Source of the DNA: an uncultured Gammaproteobacteria bacterium
Lineage (GTDB): Bacteria; Pseudomonadota; Gammaproteobacteria; UBA9214
Length of the DNA: 64,000 nucleotides
Reading direction: 5' to 3'
NCBI GenBank assembly: GCA_963773065.1
Contig: CAVYZN010000014.1
Span: 64,001 to 128,000 of the forward strand
Positions 59,198 through 64,000 of this stretch are shown here, piece by piece. Positions within the stretch are counted from its first letter, which is position 1. Each line of letters begins with the position of its first letter. Made by a program: the position numbers and the translations under genes. Below the pieces are notes generated by a model that worked only from the letters and a program-made list of their open reading frames with translations, was not told where the DNA came from and did not search any database.

Positions 59198-62100
59198 ATG
59201 CCGCACGCAAGAATAATCGCAACATTACTTACATTGGTATCAATCCTCCTGGTCAGCGCCGCTCCGGCAGAGGAGATTCGCGACTATTATGCGGAACCTG
59301 GGCTGCATCCCTTCAAGGATCCCATCGCCGATCTGAATGAGACGATCGACCCTTTCTCGGGAATGCTGCAGTTAAGACATACGGATATCACAGTGCCGGG
59401 CAACGGCGGGCTTGATATCACTGTGAACCGTTTCTACCTCCATCACCAGGATGGTCAGGGCCAGTCACCGAGTTACACCAGCCTATACGGAATCGGCTGG
59501 ACCATGCATTTTGGACGTATTGTCGTTCCTCAGAACGAGGCCGATAAAATTTGCACGCAGGGTCAATGGTCTGTTTCAACTCGCGACAACCCGTCCATCG
59601 AGCATCCGGATGGTTCACGGGAACTGCTGGTCCTTGCTGACAATGGTAATGGTGCGCTGATTACCAAGAGCAACTGGCGTGCCGAGTGTGTATCCGCAAA
59701 TGGAATGCTCGTGACATCACCGGATGGGACCCGTTACAAGATGGATGTGATATCAACGGTTTCTTTGGGTGATGGCGGGACTGAAACCAGTTGGTACACG
59801 TCTGAAATAACGGATGTTGTCGGCAATTCAATCCATATCACCTATCAACAAAATCCGAATGGCTATCTGTACATCGACGAAGTGACCGGTCATACCCCAT
59901 CGGGTACAAGTGATGGCCGTCTGGTCAAGTTCTCCTACGACACCGACGCAAATGATTGTTTCAAATTACGTGAAATCAGCTCCAACAATCAGGTATGGCG
60001 TTACACCTACGAGCCGATTCCCGGGTTCGATCCCGGCTATACCTTCTGTGGCTATAACCTGACTGAGGTTGTCATGCCATCCGGTCAGCGCTGGCAGTAT
60101 GAATATTATCCAGACAACTATCCGGGGCCGGGCAAGTTTTCTGTCAAGAAGGTCACCTACCCCTATGGGGGTGTCATCGAATATACCTACCAGCATGTCC
60201 AGTTCGATCCCACTGACTATCACATAACGACGGCAATACAGACAAAAAATACTTCCGGACCGAATATTACGCCTGGCGCCTGGACCTATACCTTTGCACC
60301 AGGTTCTTATCCCGTTACCAATAGCAGTGGCTCGACTGATTACGTGGATTTAACCACAGTGACACAGCCGAATGGCACCACGCGGTATGTGCATCAAGGG
60401 GCTTCGGTAACCGGCTTCGGGAATCTGTGGGCGGCGGGTCTATTGCTTGCAACAGAGGTTTACTCCCCGACCGGACAGTGGATAGAACAAATCGTATCAC
60501 GTTGGGGCAAGCGCCAGATCTCAATTGAGAATTATTACCACGGCCGGGAAAATCAGATTGATAATGAGACGAATGCACCGATCTTGCTTGAAACGCATAC
60601 GTGGCGTAATGGCGGTACGCATTCGGTTATCAACTCCAACCACGATGTCTACGGCAACCCCGGGACCGTGGAGGAGACGACGCTAATCATCGGCGAACCC
60701 AGCAAGATCACCAATCACACCTATTTCAACGACCCGGTCAAGTGGATTATCGGTGTGCCGGAGGACGAGACGATTGTGGGTATCGGGACGATTGACCGTA
60801 CGCTTAATAACCTTGGGCAGGTAATCTCGGAAAACAAATACGGTGTAACTCACAACACTTTACCTATACCACGGAGGGCGATCTCAGAACCGCGACGGAT
60901 GCACGCGGCAATACCACAACCACCGACAATTATTACCGCGGTATCGCCAGGAATGAGAGTCACCCGGAGTCTGTCACCATCAGCCGGGTCGTCAATCCGA
61001 CCGGCACCGTGGCCTCGATCACCAACGGACGCGGATTCACCAAATCGTTCAGCTACGACTTGCTGAACCGGCTGACCGGCATCGACTTTCCGATTAACGC
61101 GGACGTGACCATCAACTGGGGTTTAAACGGCAAGTCTCTGGTGCGGGGAAACTATCAGGAAGCCGTGACCTTTGACGGCTTTGGCAAAGAGGTCCGGGTC
61201 GACAGAACCGACCTGTCAAGCGGTGAAACGATCACCAAGACCACCGGCTATGATGCGCTCGGGCAAAAGGTGTTCGAATCCTATCCCAATTCGACCCAGG
61301 GCATCACCTACACCTACGATGTCACTCGGCCGGCTCGTGCGCCTGGATCATCCGGATGGCGCTTTCAGAAGTTATGCTTTCGGCACCGGCGGTAACAGAG
61401 TGACCGAAACGGACGAGCGCGGCAATCAGACGGAGTTTCTTTATCGGTCCTATGGTCATCCGGACAATGCAAAAGTCCTGTTGGATATCGATTCTCCGGA
61501 AAATATCTGTACCCACATCGATTACAACCAGCTTGATCAGGTTACCGAGGTATTCCAGGGTGATGAAGACCCGGCTGATCAGACTACCTGTCTCGGTTTC
61601 AGAAGGACGTTCACCTATGACACGCATTACTTTCTGGTAACCGAAGATAATCGTGAAACCGGCATTACGACCTATGGCCGGGATGAAGTCGGTAACATGA
61701 TTTCACGCCAGGTCGGCACATCTGGCATAACAACCTTTACCTACGACGGCCGCAACCGCCTGACCTTCACCGACTATCCCGGCACCACGCCGGATGTGAC
61801 CCGCGGCTACGATGAGAATGACAACGTCCGTCGGCGTCGACAACACAGGCAGTCAGCATGAATATCTCTATGACGAGAACGACAATCTCCAGACGGAGAT
61901 CGCCGACATCGGCGCGAACAGCTACGTCGTCGGCTACGGCTACGATCCCAATGACTTCGTCAGCACCATCGCGTACCCGTCAGGCCGCTTCATCAATTAC
62001 GCGCCCGACGCCTTCGGCCGTCCAACCCGGTTGACGCCGTATGTCACCGCTATCGACTACCATCCTTCCGGCCAGATCCAGCGGATCAGTTATGCCAATG

Positions 62101-64000
62101 GCCAGACGACCGACGTCACGCTGAACGGCCGTCTGTGGATCGAGCAAATGCACGCCCATGGCGCGGCCGAGGCCATGGACCTGACCTATCAGTACGACAG
62201 CATCGGCAACGTCGGGACCATCACCGATGCGCTGGATTCACTTAACAATCGGGTGCTGGGTTATGACGGCATCAATCGCCTCGTATCTGCCACGGGATCG
62301 TGGGGAACGGCGGGATTTGCCTATAACGGCCGCGGTGATATTACCCAAAAGCAGCTCAATGGCAGTACGACAGATCATCTCTACTCATACCAGAAGCTGC
62401 TATATGTGGATTACGGGTTCATTTACGATCAATTTTACTATGACGAATATGGCAATATTATCGAGGTGGAAAAGCATGACCCGTCTGATCCGATTAACAA
62501 CGGGATTATCGCGGACACGCTGTATACCTATGATGATGCCGGCAATATGCGCATTGCCCGGACCAACCCCTTTCTGTCGATCGGGATACAACATGGCTAT
62601 GGCTATGACGGTAACAACCTGCGCGTCAGCCGCTCGGATGGCACAGACCTGACAGAGTATCTCTATGTAAAGAACGGCAATCTGCTGGGTGAATACGATC
62701 CGGCTACCAGTGCATTCTATGGCAAGGAGTATTTCTACCTCGGCTCACAGCTCATCGCGAGCGCGCAGGAGAACCATCCGCCGGTAGCCGATGCCGGTCA
62801 GGATGCTTCTGTCTATGCCACCCAGCAGGTGTCCTTGAGCGGGTCCAGGTTCAACCGACCCGGATGGTGGTATCGTGACTTATGCCTGGCAGCAACTGTC
62901 GGGTACGCCGGTTACCCTGAGCAATGCAAGCAGCGTCAGTCCGACGTTCACGGCACCGAGCATTGCCGCCGCGGAGACCTTACGCTTCCAGTTGACGGTG
63001 ACGGATAACGACGGTGTTACGGCAACCGATACGGTGAATATCCAGGTGACCCCCAACACGCCGCCGACCGCAAACGCCGGCCCGGACCAGACGCTTCTGG
63101 GTGGCGCACTGGTGCATCTGGACGGCAGCGGCTCCTCCGATGCCGAGGGAGCCATCAGCTACCAGTGGACACAGCTCTCCGGGCCAACAGTCACCTTGAA
63201 TGGCGCCAGCAGCGCCACCCCGAGCTGCACGGCGCCGGTCACGGGCAGCAACTACACGTTGAGTTTCAAACTTATCGTCACAGACTCCACCGGCATCACG
63301 GCGGCCGATACCGTGGCTATCACGGTATACGACCCGACGGCCGATGCCGATGCGGATGGCCTGGCCGACGGCTGGGAAATCATCCATTTCGGTAGCATTA
63401 CCCTGTATAGCGCCAGTGACGATCCAGACGGCGACGGCATCACCAACCAGCAGGAGTTTGCGGAGGGCACTGACCCCAGCACGCCGGCACCAGCGCCAGC
63501 ACAGCTCAGCGGCGTCACCGCCGTGGCGGGCAACGGCAAGAACACCCTGTTCTGGAATAACACCGTTTCGGTAAAGTCCTACAACCTTTACTGGGGTACC
63601 ACGCCCGGGTGTAACGAAAACGAACGGCACTAAGATTGCCGGCGTCACACAGCCCTTCACCCATTCCGGGTTGACCAACGGCACGACCTATTACTATGTC
63701 GTGACAGCGGTGAACAACGCTGGAGAATCGCCGGACTCCGTGCAGGTTTTTGCACGGCCTGGGCAGCCGATATGGAATCCGGTGGAACTGACGCCGGAAA
63801 TCAATACATCCGCAGGATTCAGCCCTGAATGACCGGGGCGATATTGTGATTGCGCGGAGTAATAAGCAACCAACTGCGTGTGCGAAATTATACTGAAAGT
63901 CAGGGCTGGAATAGCGAGATATCGCTGTCTCAACAATCTGGTTCCATCAGTAAACCGCACGTTGCCATTAATAACAGCGGGGATGCGGTTGTAGCTTGGG
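59198..64000 (+). CDS. Large secreted YD/Rhs-repeat protein with PKD-like, Ca-binding DxDxDG, FN3 and propeller-like domains (several indels; runs off right edge)
   Basis: Signal peptide; IDPFSG.L.LRHTDITVPGNGGLDI; many YD repeats; PPVADAGQD/PPTANAGPDQ; DADADGLADGWE; LTNGTTYYYVVTAVN; PHVAINNSGDAVVAW. Confidence 0.85.

Overview
Chromosomal window from a GC-rich gammaproteobacterium; the gene set suggests a Chromatiales/Thiogranum-like sulfur oxidiser (inference). The backbone is conserved housekeeping order: acnA-hflD-mnmA-nudJ-icd-cspD-clpS-clpA-infA ... aat-trxB-ald-ftsK-lolA-rarA-crcB-serS, then metH, fpr, yadGH, rnd, a glp-like cluster, yccA and tRNA-Ser. Many genes, including essential ones, carry single-base indels, so most apparent frameshifts and fusions in the ORF track are probably long-read errors. 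The main accessory region is a ~17.5 kb island between infA and aat. It holds a sigma54 two-component system with its own enhancer and promoter, a TtrS/ThsS-like sensor with a FixJ-type regulator, and an array of four expression cassettes. Each cassette begins with a near-identical ~240-270 bp leader (apparently derived from the 3' end of a FixJ-type regulator gene) that ends in the RBS and MKHT. The leaders drive three divergent six-cysteine secreted paralogues and one His-rich beta-propeller-like protein, with an orphan GspC-like gene in between. A Crp/Fnr regulator, a secreted beta-rich protein and a Tat multicopper oxidase close the island. Downstream of tRNA-Ser is a large YD/Rhs-repeat protein with PKD/FN3 domains that runs off the window.
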